From assembly GCA_020629795.1 (NCBI GenBank), contig JAHDCR010000001.1:88443-152442 (forward strand): a stretch of DNA of 64,000 nt. Direction: 5' to 3'. The notes under the pieces were generated by a model, which was not told where the DNA came from, did no database searches, and saw only the letters and a list, made by a program, of their open reading frames with translations. Shown one piece after another: positions 42,638-53,033 of the stretch. The DNA comes from Candidatus Altimarinota bacterium (GTDB lineage Bacteria > Patescibacteriota > Gracilibacteria > BD1-5 > UBA6164). The position numbers and the translations under genes are program-made. Positions within the stretch are counted from its first letter, which is position 1, and each line of letters begins with the position of its first letter.

Positions 42638-43942
42638 CTATTTTGCTTCTGCAAAAAACGTATCTATAAGTCTTCTATATGCCACTCTTCTTCTCAGTTC
42701 TTCAAAGTATTTCGTTCCTGGAACATAGAGTTCTTTTAGTCTTTTTAATACATCTTCTGAACCGTAGTTTTTCATGATTTTAGCTACTTCTGATTCCATA
42801 TCCTTATCACTTACTTCGATTTTTTCTTTTTTCATAAGTTCGTTCAGGATAAGTTCTCCTTGGAGTCTCTTAATAGCTGTTGCCTCTACATGTTGTTTTT
42901 TGTATTCAGCTGTAGAGAGTCCAAGACTCGCAAGGTAATCCTCAACTTTTACTCCATCTTTTGTAATATTTTGTTTAATTTCTTCAAATACAGTATCTGT
43001 TTGTTGGGCTATGATTTTATCACCTAACTCAAGAGTAGTATGTTTTAGAAGTTCTTCAATAAGTTTCATTTCTCTTTCCATACCATCATTAGCCTCCTTA
43101 GTTTCCATAAGTTCAGCCTTAATAAGCTTTTTAAATTCTGGAAGTTCCATTTTTTGTCCTCTGAGTCCTTCGATAAATTCTGGAGTAAATTCTGGTTTAT
43201 GTGCTTTTTCAAGTTTCTTTGCTGTAACTTTGAATTGAGTTTTCTTACCTGCAAAATCAGCATTATGATAATCTTTAGGAAAAGTTACATCAATATCTTT
43301 CGTTTCCCCAACTTTCATTCCTACCATATCTTCCTCAAAACCTGGAACAAGAATGTTTGATCCAAGTACGAGTGGATAATCCCTCATAGATGTAGCTTCA
43401 AGCATTTCATCGTTTTCATATCCATCAGTATCTATAGTGAGTTTATCACCCATAGCTGCTTTGATTTTTGGATCTGTAACATCATGAAAATGAGTAAATC
43501 TCGTTTCAATATCTTCGAGAGCTGCTTTTACTTCTGCAGCTGATACGCTCAGTTTATCTTTTGTAAGTTTTACTTTTTTGTATGTATCCTTTACCTCAAC
43601 ACTTGGAAATACTTCTACTTGTATTTTTACTTTGAGTGGGTCTTGAGAAATAACTTCTTGTATTTCAGCCTGTGAAACTGGCATAAGATTCTCTTTTCTG
43701 AGTGTATCTCTATACACTCCTTCTATAGCTTTTTCTATAGTCATTTGCAGAATAACATCTTCTCCGAATTGACGTACTATAACATCTTCTGGTATAGTAG
43801 CTCCTTTTCTAAAACCTTTAATATCAGCATTTTTTGCAGCTGATTTTAAAACTTCTTTTCTAAACTTTGCTACATTCTCTGCTGATTCCTCAATTATGAG
43901 TTCAACAATAGATTTTGGAAGCATTTTTTTCTCTACTTTCAT
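42638..43942 (-). CDS. tig: Trigger factor
   Basis: Intact 434-aa track ORF. N-terminal ribosome-binding GFRKG, FKBP-type middle domain, no TGA codon. Confidence 0.93.
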   Translation of the reverse strand: MKVEKKMLPKSIVELIIEESAENVAKFRKEVLKSAAKNADIKGFRKGATIPEDVIVRQFGEDVILQMTIEKAIEGVYRDTLRKENLMPVSQAEIQEVISQDPLKVKIQVEVFPSVEVKDTYKKVKLTKDKLSVSAAEVKAALEDIETRFTHFHDVTDPKIKAAMGDKLTIDTDGYENDEMLEATSMRDYPLVLGSNILVPGFEEDMVGMKVGETKDIDVTFPKDYHNADFAGKKTQFKVTAKKLEKAHKPEFTPEFIEGLRGQKMELPEFKKLIKAELMETKEANDGMEREMKLIEELLKHTTLELGDKIIAQQTDTVFEEIKQNITKDGVKVEDYLASLGLSTAEYKKQHVEATAIKRLQGELILNELMKKEKIEVSDKDMESEVAKIMKNYGSEDVLKRLKELYVPGTKYFEELRRRVAYRRLIDTFFAEAK

Positions 43943-44085
43943 AAAATTTTTACATAAAAAATAACGCGAGGATTATAGGTATAAAAATATACATTTCAAA
44001 TAATTCTCACCCGAAGCTATGTATTTATTTTAAATATTTATAAAATATATATTCAATAACTCAAGTCTTTTATAGTGCTCCGAGC

Positions 44086-44112
44086 TTGTATTTATCACTT
44101 CGGTGCTATAAT
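44086..44112 (+). promoter_or_regulatory. Candidate promoter of the major pilin gene
   Basis: TTGTAT-N15-TATAAT with TGC (extended -10) immediately upstream of the -10. Confidence 0.45.
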
Positions 44113-44148
44113 AAACGGGTATTTAATTTATATATTTACATTACTATT

Positions 44149-44724
44149 ATGATGACAAGTCTTAAAAAAGGGTTTACCCTCATAGAGCTCCTCGTAGTTA
44201 TTACTATTATTGGTATACTTGCTACTGGTGCTGTTCAAACATTTACATCTCAAATCCAAAAAGCACGAGATACTACTAGAGTTTCAGATATTACAGCGCT
44301 GAGAGGTGGATTAGAACAGTTTTACCAAGATGGTGGTGAATACCCAGATAAAGGAACTGCATTCTCAGGAGTTACACTCTACGTTCCAAAACTTCCTACA
44401 GATCCAAAATCTGAACAATCTAGTGGAACTTCAACATTTGAATATGCATATAATGTATCAGCTGATAGCAACTCTATAGATAACCAAGAGTTTGAAATAT
44501 CTGCTCACTTTGAGAATGGAGCAAATACAACAGCCAAAGCTGGAACTGATGGTGGAGATGATCCAGTTAGACTCGAGTTTTGAATTGATGTAAATGATAC
44601 TACTGAGAAACCTACGGTAATAGCATGAGAAGATACTACAGCTGACCTATACGAATGTGTTACTCCATCTGGTTGAGCATGAGCAGATTGTGATGAAGAG
44701 GACAATCCTATGATTATTAAGTAA
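44149..44724 (+). CDS. Type IV major pilin
   Basis: MMTSLKKG/FTLIELLVVITIIGILA (class III signal, Glu5). C-terminal Cys pair CVTPSGGAGADC. Reads through three TGA codons to TAA 44722-44724. Confidence 0.85.
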
Positions 44725-44736
44725 TTCATAAAATAT

Positions 44737-44768
44737 AAAACTCAAGAATTTAATTCTTGAGTTTTTTT
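44737..44768. terminator. Bidirectional terminator
   Basis: aaaaCTCAAGAATttaATTCTTGAGttttttt. The loop tta is the TAA stop of the minus-strand gene (44750-52). Confidence 0.75.
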
Positions 44769-45790
44769 ATGACTTCATCTGTCTTCTGAGAATAACTAAG
44801 CACTATTTGATCTATTCAATATACATAACTCAGTATAATACTATGGAGTCTCATAGATATAACTATATCAAGCATCCTATGATTATACGCTGTATACACT
44901 TCTGCTAAACTCGCGTATATCTCTCTGTCATAGTTCAGAAATTGCTTCATAAACTCATAATCATTTGCGCGAAAATCAGTGTTGTGGAGACTATGTGGGA
45001 GAAAAATAATTTTTCCTCATTTTTTTTCTATTGCCTGACACAGCTCCTCTACTAATAATTTTTCTATTCTCGAGTCTCACGATGTACCTATATATCCACT
45101 GCGGAGCGCAAGTCATATTTTTTTTCACTGAAAATCATAACTTTCAAGATCTTTGGGTTTAATGGTTTTTGAAGAATATGTTCAGAGGATAGTACCTCTC
45201 TCTATTCTCTCCTTTCTCAAGGAGAGATGAGGCTGCATATTTTCACTCATAACTGGGTCATCTACTATTTCACTTTTAACTCAGACTTTTAATAATTGGT
45301 CTTGTGACTTTTTATCTCTTACAGTTACTTTCCATGCATTTTTAAAAATTTTTCCTAGTATTTTAAAATTATCTGGATTTTTAATATCTATTCACACTCC
45401 GTAAAAATAGATTTTTTTCCTAAAGAACCTTGCAACTCTGACTCGAAATAACCACTGTTTTAAAGGATTTCATACTGACTGAATTTCGCTATCATAGATT
45501 ATCCCTCATCATCAGATAACAACTCTATCTGACCAAATAATTACACTTAAAAATTTGAAAAAATTTCTGATATTTCGAAAAATATTTTTTATCTGTTTTA
45601 TACCAAGTGGAAAATACTCAAAATAGGAAGTGTTTTGTATTTGAAAAATTGGATTATGAGCGTCATAAGATGCTACTTTAAATACTGAATCTTCTCAAAA
45701 CTCTTGCCTTAAAAGCTGTATTTCATTTTTTAAAATGAGTTCGTCTCATAGATTTTGTGCTCCAATCGAAGCAAATATTGATATATTCAT
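44750..45790 (-). CDS. Polysaccharide pyruvyl transferase (CsaB-like)
   Basis: MNISIFASIGAQNLGDELIL, VVIGGGGIIYD, YFYGVGID, VRDKKSQ, ISMRLHSIILS...LSYSQK. Confidence 0.7.
45195..45232. repeat. CT/GA-rich hairpin element inside the pyruvyl transferase gene (copy C)
   Basis: CCTCTCTCTATTCTCTCCTTTCTCAAGGAGAGATGAGG, with stem CTCTCC/GGAGAG and outer CCTC/GAGG. Encodes HLSLRKERIERG on the minus strand. Confidence 0.5.
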
Positions 45791-45791
45791 A

Positions 45792-46397
45792 TTAACTCAG
45801 CTCTCGAATTACAAATGGGAGAATTTCCTCAACGCTAGAATATTCAGCTGGCACTTGCAATAGTACTCTCTCTATATCTCTGTTTTGATATCACATATTT
45901 TGCAATGTCCCCGTAATATTTTCTATCAATGTAGCTGGGAGCATAATTTGCTCTGGAGTTGCAGAATTATCTGCTGTTGATGTTCAAATATGAGATTTCA
46001 CAAAGTCCTTATCTTTCAATTCTAAGACTATTTTTTCAGCCATCTTTTTTCCTATTCATTTTATCGATTCTATTGTTTTTTTATCGTCAGACTGAACAGC
46101 TTCGATGAGTCTATGTTTTCAAAGTGACATAATCTGAAGTGCTACTTTTCAACCGACTCCAGATATTTTTATCAGCTCAGTAAATAATTTTTTCTCTTCT
46201 ATCGTCTCAAAACCAAAAAGAGATTGCCCTCACTCAATTATATGATGATAGAGATATAGATCTGTTTCCTGCCTAGTGGCTAAGCTCGCAAATGTGATTT
46301 CATTAATCCCTATTTCGTATCATACACCTGACTCTGGCAGTATAAGAACTGATGTATCTGAAACTTCTAAAATCTTTCCTGATATGTATGCAATCAC
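45792..46397 (-). CDS. ruvA: Holliday junction helicase subunit RuvA
   Basis: GTG start. (M)IAYISGKILEV, GVGYEI, LFGFETIEEKKLFTELIKISGVGGKVALQIMS, IKGIGKKMAEKIVLELKDK. Confidence 0.85.
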
Positions 46398-46475
46398 TGT
46401 ATTTTTTCTAAAAAAATATTATACTTCCAAGTGTAGCGATTTTAGTTTAAGTCGCAAGAAAACTCTCTAATTTAT

Positions 46476-46520
46476 CCCTCCTCTGAATCTCCTCCCTTCT
46501 CTTGAAGAGAGGAGGGCTAC
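46476..46520. repeat. CT/GA-rich hairpin element, intergenic (copy B)
   Basis: CCCTCCTCTGAATCTCCTCCCTTCTCTTGAAGAGAGGAGGGCTAC, with outer stem CCCTCCTCT/AGAGGAGGG. Confidence 0.6.
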
Positions 46521-46593
46521 AAAATAATCAATCTATTACAGCCCCTTTCTCCTAGACTTAAGAAAAAGGATTCAGGATAGAGATAATTATTTC

Positions 46594-46839
46594 ATGAACA
46601 TCCTCCAAAAGTCTCTCACATCACTTGTAAAACTCTACCAAAAGATACTCTCTCCCGATCACTCTTTTTGGGCTAAAAATAATCCTCCTTATTGTAAGCA
46701 CTACCCGACATGCTCAGACTATATGATAGAATCTATAGAAAAAAAATGAGCCTTTTTTGGGCTCATGAAATGACTCTGACGAATACTCAGGTGTAATCCC
46801 TGGAGTAAGGGCTGAGTTGATTTAGTAGAAACAGACTAA
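46594..46839 (+). CDS. yidD: Membrane protein insertion efficiency factor YidD
   Basis: LYQKILSPDHS...[43 protein letters not shown]. Confidence 0.8.
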
Positions 46840-47291
46840 ATTTCTAAATTATTAAAAACTCAAGAATAATAAAATCTTATAAAGGAAACAAGATTATCAT
46901 ATGAACTAAAATCTCAAGTTATATTTAATGCATTATCAATCTTAAACACTATAGGATGAGCTATAAAATCATCGTCAAAAGTATACATTTCATATATATC
47001 TCATCTTCTAATTCAATATCATGATATTATTCAATTCCCATTTCATATTGGATACAGTTCATCAAATAGTGGACTGTCTCCAAAATACACAACACCTACT
47101 CCTCAAACAAGCAATAACTCTTTTCCACTTTTATGCTTGCATCAAACCAAAGCATACTCATCATAATCGTCATGAATTGGGAAAAAATTCATTTTTCATA
47201 AAATTCGTACCTGTTCGGCTCTTCCCTCACCTTGTAACATATGAAAATCATTTTTATCAAAGGGTATATCTAGATTTAATACATTCAACAT
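46836..47291 (-). CDS. Hypothetical protein visible only under table 25
   Basis: 151 codons from ATG 47289-47291 to TAG 46836-46838 with no TAA/TAG, and about ten in-frame TGA codons. An open frame of this length is unlikely by chance at this AT content. Confidence 0.45.
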
Positions 47292-47338
47292 AAAATACTT
47301 ATAACATATTTAATATAATGTCAATTATAGATAAAGTC

Positions 47339-47365
47339 TTGATTTTGCAAATATTTTCATATAAT
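47339..47365 (+). promoter_or_regulatory. Candidate rplA promoter
   Basis: TTGATT-N15-TATAAT, 100 nt upstream of the ATG. Confidence 0.4.
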
Positions 47366-47464
47366 AACGAAGCCTTGTAAAGGAAGCTAAGACCTAAATT
47401 ATAGCTAAATAGCTATTTTAAGAGAATATAGCGCAATTACCTTTTATTTTTATTATTACACATT

Positions 47465-48163
47465 ATGGCTGGAAAAAAGTATAAAAAAGCTATGGAATTC
47501 CTCAAAGAAGGAATGTCATACTCTGTTGATGAAGCTGTTGAGCTTCTAGAACAAACAAACACTGTTAAGTTTGATCCTACAGTTGAAATTCACTTCAACC
47601 TCAACCTTGATCCGAAACACGTTGATCAAATGATCAGAACTACCGGTAAACTCCCTCACGGAACTGGTAAAACTCTAAGAATCTGCGCGTTCACTGATAG
47701 TGTTCCTGCTGCTGATCTTAAAAAAGCTGGAGCTGTAGAAGCTGGTGGTGAAGAACTTCTTGCTGATATCGCTGATGGAAAAGTTGCATTAGATTTTGAT
47801 GTTTGTGTGGCTACTCCATCTATGATGAGACACCTTGGTAAAGTCGCTAGAGTACTTGGACCAAAAGGACTTATGCCAAATCCAAAAACTGGAACAGTTG
47901 GTGAAGATCTTGTTGCTGTTGTTACTGATATTGCTGGTGGTAAGTTTGAATTCAAAACTGACAAACACGGTAATGTTCACTCTATTTTTGGAAAACTCTC
48001 TTTCGGAAAAGAAAAACTTACTGAAAACCTCAATGCATTCTTACAAATTATTCAAGATGTAAAACCTACAGGTGCAAAAGGAAAATATATCAACTCAGTA
48101 GTTGTTTGTAACGCTATGGGTCCTGGTATTAAACTCAATATGAATACTGACGAAAAAAAGTAG
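47465..48163 (+). CDS. rplA: 50S ribosomal protein L1
   Basis: Intact 232-aa track ORF. KFDPTVEIHFNLNLDPK, LPHGTGK, ATPSMM...LGPKGLMPNPKTGTV. No rplK upstream. Confidence 0.97.
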   Translation: MAGKKYKKAMEFLKEGMSYSVDEAVELLEQTNTVKFDPTVEIHFNLNLDPKHVDQMIRTTGKLPHGTGKTLRICAFTDSVPAADLKKAGAVEAGGEELLADIADGKVALDFDVCVATPSMMRHLGKVARVLGPKGLMPNPKTGTVGEDLVAVVTDIAGGKFEFKTDKHGNVHSIFGKLSFGKEKLTENLNAFLQIIQDVKPTGAKGKYINSVVVCNAMGPGIKLNMNTDEKK

Positions 48164-48181
48164 TCATATAAAAATATATAA

Positions 48182-48213
48182 AAAAAGTATAGAACTGGTT
48201 CTATACTTTTTTT
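48182..48213. terminator. Bidirectional terminator
   Basis: AAAAGTATAGAACtgGTTCTATACTTTTTTT. Confidence 0.8.
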
Positions 48214-48607
48214 ATTTCTTAACCACTTTATCAAGTGTTTGCATCTTGAGAAGACTATTGAATCCTCTTTGAAGATTTCATAGAACATCAGTTGTATAGC
48301 AGTCATCTTTCCTCTCACAATATATATCTTTTGTACAATCTGTCAGCCCTAACTCCTCTCATACTGCGAGAAGTATATCATACACCGAAATTTGATTCGC
48401 ATTCATACCAAGCATAACTCCACCTCCTCGTCATTGCTTTGCAATGAGAATACCAGCTTTATGTAAATCTGGTATAATACGTCGAAGACAGGTTTCACTC
48501 ATTCACTCATGAGCTACAATATCCTTAATATGCACCAACTCTCCTCTATCAGCAATATAACAAACTGCTTTCAGTGCATCATCTCATGTTTGGGATAATT
48601 TTATCAT
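48212..48607 (-). CDS. Rrf2-family (IscR-like) transcriptional regulator
   Basis: MIKLSQTGDDALKAVCYIA..., HTH region, and three Cys in DCTKDIYCERKDDC (C-x5-C-x5-C, as in IscR cluster ligands). Last gene of the suf operon. Confidence 0.8.
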
Positions 48608-48608
48608 T

Positions 48609-49010
48609 TTAAATTGTTAAAACATCATCAAAAACATCATGCTCTCCATCATCTAGATATGTATGCAGAGCATTTCTTGTTGTAAGGAGTCATAGAACTG
48701 ATGCATTTTTTCTTCTCTCAGATATAGGCATCCCAATAAGTTCCTCAATATAACTATATCATAGCTCAAATATTTCCTGAGCATTCATCCCGATAATACT
48801 TTCACCGAAAACACTTGCGCATGCAGTAGTAATAATCGCTGTATCTCACTCAAACGACCATTTTTTTATTACATTATTTTCAAGAATAATGTAAACTTTG
48901 AGATCATCTCAACAGGTTCTATTTTCCTCCCAAAATGATACATCTGGATTCTCCATTTTTCCCTTGTTTGGGGGAGTTTTACTATAGTATGTAATCGTTT
49001 CGTTATACAT
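48609..49010 (-). CDS. sufU: SufU/IscU-type Fe-S scaffold-like protein
   Basis: NRTCGDD and ITTACASV are present. The third ligand region reads RRKNASVLGLL (Asn where Cys is expected). Confidence 0.75.
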
Positions 49011-49014
49011 TTTT

Positions 49015-50241
49015 TTATTTTAACTCAGTAATTGCATTTTTTAATACTTCAAAGAACCTATCAATATCCTGTTTTGTATTATAAATATGAAGACTCATCC
49101 TACAAGTATGCATTTGTCATACATATTCCATAAATGGTTCAGCGCAGTGTTGTCCAGCTCTCACGCAAATATTGTTATCAGCCAAATAGTCAGAAATATC
49201 AAAACTATGTACTCATGGAACTACAAATGTAAACACTCATACTCTATTTCTCCCATCATGTGACCCAATAAGTTTTAAGTCTGATATTTTTGAAAAACTC
49301 TTTAGAGCATATTCAACGAGTTCTTGTTCTATTTCTTCTAATTTCTGATATCCTCAGATACTCTCAATATACTCAAAAGCACGCAGAATACTTACTGCTC
49401 AAGAGAGATTTGGAGTTCCTGGTTCAAATTTATCAGGAAGTTTCGTGCTATGTGTAAAACTCTTTTGCTTTACCTCTCAAATGGCTCCACCTCCTGAGAA
49501 AATAGGTTTTAAATCAGTGAGTAATTCTTCCTTTGCCCAAAGTACTCAGATTCATGAGTCCGCAAATACTTTATGGCCAGTAAAAAATAGAGCGTCACAG
49601 CCTAAATTTTGAACATTTACCTCAAAGTGAGGCACACTCTGTGATGCATCTACTACCAAAAATGGCTTTTGTTTTCTCCCATATCGTGCAAGCAGGAGTG
49701 AGTTCACGTTTGCAATATCAAATATTTGACCTGTTGTATTACTGACATGTGCAAGAGAAACAAGTTTTACTTTGTCAGTAAGTTTATCTCTAAAATCATT
49801 ATAATCTAAGTCGAAATTATCATCCACACCTATAAATTCAACATTTATCCCATAATCCTCTTTTAAAATAAGCCATGGTACAACATTTGCATGGTGCTCA
49901 ACCACACTCACCAAAACAGTATCTCACTTTTTAAGTAAACCTGTTCTCCAAATACTTTGAGAAAGCAGATTTAGTGCGTAAGTTGAGTTTCACGTATAAA
50001 TCACTTCTCTCCAAGACTCTGCTCCAATATGCTTAGCTACTATCTTTTTAGAGTCCTCATAGAGTTTTTCAGATACTTCTGAGATATCATAGCTTCATCT
50101 ATGAATATTCGCGTAGCTACTTCTGAGATAATCAGCAACTCCATCAATCACTATCGCTGGTTTTTGACTCGTCGCAGTACTATCCAAATATATCAAATCT
50201 GGATGAGTCGTGAATATCGGGAAATCTTGTTTTATAGACAT
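49015..50241 (-). CDS. sufS: Cysteine desulfurase SufS
   Basis: YLDSTATSQKP, VSVVEHHANVVPW, VSLAHVSNTTGQ, DASQSVPH, FFTGHKVF. Confidence 0.92.
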
Positions 50242-50242
50242 G

Positions 50243-50923
50243 TTATTTTGATTTTATTCTCTCTAAAATTCTTGTCTTAACATCTGTGAATAGCTCTTCA
50301 TGATCTTCTTCAAGTTCTCCAAATACCTTTGAGATATAGCTCTCAAGCATTAGCACGGTTGCATCCTCTTTTGGAAGTCCTCTTGCTCGCAGATAAAAGA
50401 GTTTATCATCAGATATTCGCTCCATATTACAAGCATGCGCAGCTTTTACATCATCACTTTGCACGAGAAGCGTTGGGAGTCCTCGCACTTTTCCTGTAGC
50501 TCCTAAAAATATGTTTTCTTCACTCAGATATCCCTCAACTTTTTGTATTCCTTCTGTGATATGAACTATTCCATCAAGATCAATAAATCACCCATCAGAT
50601 ACAAAACTCACTATATGCATATCGAGAAATGCACCATTTGCAGCAAGCTCTCCATTAAGTTTTGCTGTTATTTTTTCTCCTCTTGAACTCAATAGACTGT
50701 ATATTTCACATTTACTATCTTCTCCATTTATAAGAAAATGTTTATCAAAAGAATTTTCTGTTTCAAAATATCCAAAATACTTCAAAGATGCTCAAGCACC
50801 AAAAGTTACTTTTGTAAGGATATTTTCTTCATCATAAATGATTGCTGAAACTCCGTCAGCGATATGCATCTGTGACTCTATTTCTTGCCCGCTATAGAGC
50901 TTATTTTCAGTAAGGTTTTTCAT
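50243..50923 (-). CDS. sufD: SufD-like Fe-S assembly protein (short)
   Basis: 226 aa. C-terminus GKVRGLPTLLVQSDDVKAAHACNMERISDDKLFYLRARGLPKEDA matches the SufB/D family. Confidence 0.75.
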
Positions 50924-50929
50924 ATATTT

Positions 50930-51325
50930 TTAAATATTCTTATTTTTAAAATTTTCTCTCAGGAGCTTTAGTTTTTCGAGATCTATTTTTGGAACTGGTT
51001 TTTCAAATGCAAAGCTCGTTCCGCATCAACACCTATCTTCCACCTCATCACTTGCAAATATATACCGTGCTTTCGCTTCTCCAGTATGATCAGCTACAAC
51101 CACTCTCGTTATTTTTGCATTTTCTAAATACTGCCTATCTGTTTTTGGAACATAGAGATCAAACTTATATTCACTTTCAAGTTTATCTATTTCATCACTT
51201 ATTTCAAAATCTGTCTCCATATCTATCTTTGTCCCAGAGCATCCAGCCTCATAAAAAAACACTTTGAGTTTTTTAACTCAAGAACCTTGAAATTCAGATA
51301 CTGTTTTTTTATCGAGTGTGAGCAT
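50930..51325 (-). CDS. HesB/IscA/SufA-family Fe-S carrier
   Basis: FFYEAGCSGTKI ... C-G-CGTSFAF (CGCGxSF, middle Gly is TGA 51026-51028). Confidence 0.8.
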
Positions 51326-51336
51326 TATTTTTCTGA

Positions 51337-52734
51337 TTATCCTATACTTCCCTCCATTTCCATAGAAATTAGCACGTTCATTTCTGATGCGTATTCAAGT
51401 GGGAGCTCCTTAACTATTGGAGAAATAAATCCGTTTACTATCATCGCTGCAGCTTGTTCTTCATCTATTCCTCTCGATTGGAGATAAAATAAATCATCTT
51501 CATTGATTTTCCCAGCGCTCGCTTCGTGAGCAACAATTGAGTCTGAGTTGTAACACTTAATTTCCGGAATGGTATCAGCGACAGAAAGACTATCTAAAAG
51601 AAGAGCATCACACTCAATTTTAGTAACAGATCACGTTGCTGATTCTTTGATATCAATCAGTCCTCTATAGGTAGAGTTTCATCCTCACTTAGAAATAGAT
51701 TTAGACACAACAGAGCTCGTAGTATTTTTTCAAATATGAATTACTTTTGCCCCAGTATCCTGGTGTTGTCCAGCATTCGCAAAAGCAATACCAAGATGGT
51801 CAGCACGTGAGTTGTCACCAATAAGTACCGAGCAAGGATAGAGCATAGTTGTGTTCGAACCCATATTTCAACCAACCCATTCCATATATCCTGATTCTTG
51901 CACCAGAGCTCTTTTGGTATTGAGGTTATAAGTATCTAAACTCCAGTTTTCTACTGATGAATATCGCATCGTAGCATTTTTTCCTACAAAGATTTCTACT
52001 CATCCTGCATGCAGTGAGTTTTCATCGTACTTAGGAGCGCTACACCCCTCTATATAATGAGCCTCTGCGTCGTCTTCGACAATAATCATGGTATGTTCAA
52101 ACTGTCCACCTTTCTTCACGTTCATACGGAAATATGATTGAAGAGGTTCGTCAACTTTTACTCCTTTTGGGACGTAGAGAAATGTTCCACCAGACCATAC
52201 TGCGTAGTGAAGCGCAGAAAACTTGTGATCATTAAGAGGAATAGATTTTGCAAAGTGTTTTTTGATAAGCTCCTGATATTCAGGATTTTTCAGAGCATTT
52301 GAGAGGTCATCAAATATTACTCACTTATCTGCAATTTCTTGTTTCAGTGAGTGATATACTGTTTCACTGTCATACTGAGCCCCTACACCAGCGAGAGCTT
52401 TTTTCTCTGCTTCAGGAATACCGAGCTTATCAAAAGTGTTTTTGATATTTTCAGGTACATCGTCCCAAGACTTATTATCTCCAGCTCCTTCTGGACGTCT
52501 GAAATAATAAATAGACTGCAGGTCTAAATCGGAAATATCAGGACCCCATTTTGGCATCGCTCGAGCTTCAAAGAGTTTTAGAGCCTCAAGACGCTTCTCG
52601 AGCATCCACTCTGGTTCCTCATTTTCTGCCGAAATTTCTCTCACGACAGCTTCGTTTATCCCTTGGATTGCATCACCCTTATAGGCAACGTCATCAGAGA
52701 AATCCCAGGTTCATGATGTTGTTACTGTTGACAT
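51337..52734 (-). CDS. sufB: Fe-S cluster assembly protein SufB
   Basis: MSTVTTSGTWDF..., [78 protein letters not shown]. Confidence 0.95.
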
Positions 52735-53033
52735 AATTTGTAAATTATTTGTAAAGTTTTTAATTTTGATTAGTATTTTTTCACCTTCATCTGGTGTAAA
52801 AACTATGTTGTGGAGGTAGAAAGGAGAGAAACTGGAATTCTTAAGTATCTTAAATTTCATCAGTGCTGTTTTTTTGGGTACTCTTTGTCCTGTAACAGCT
52901 GTGATTTTCATCCTATTAGTATTGGATGAATTATGGAACATGTTTTCGTCAATGCTTACAAAGCTAAAAACAGAATAACATTTCCTAGAAACTAACGCTC
53001 TCTCCCATAACTTGGGTGAGAGCACTTTTTTTC

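Noticed and set aside
47021-47293. Plus-strand track ORF of 90 aa.
   Set aside because: The opposite strand carries a 151-codon TAA/TAG-free frame (46836-47291) under table 25, which is statistically much less likely by chance. The plus-strand ORF is its shadow.
47366-47464. L1-binding autoregulatory leader upstream of rplA (GAAGCCTTGTAAAGGAAGCTAAGACC).
   Set aside because: There is only a vague resemblance to the L1 stalk mimic, and I cannot support the required helix and conserved loop from the sequence.
52711-53025. Track ORF of 104 aa treated as a separate gene, or as an N-terminal extension of SufB.
   Set aside because: It is simply the sufB frame read upstream of the true start. SufB aligns with orthologues from MSTVTTSGTWDF (ATG 52734). 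The upstream translation has no SufB-like sequence, and its start is a non-ATG chosen by the ORF caller.
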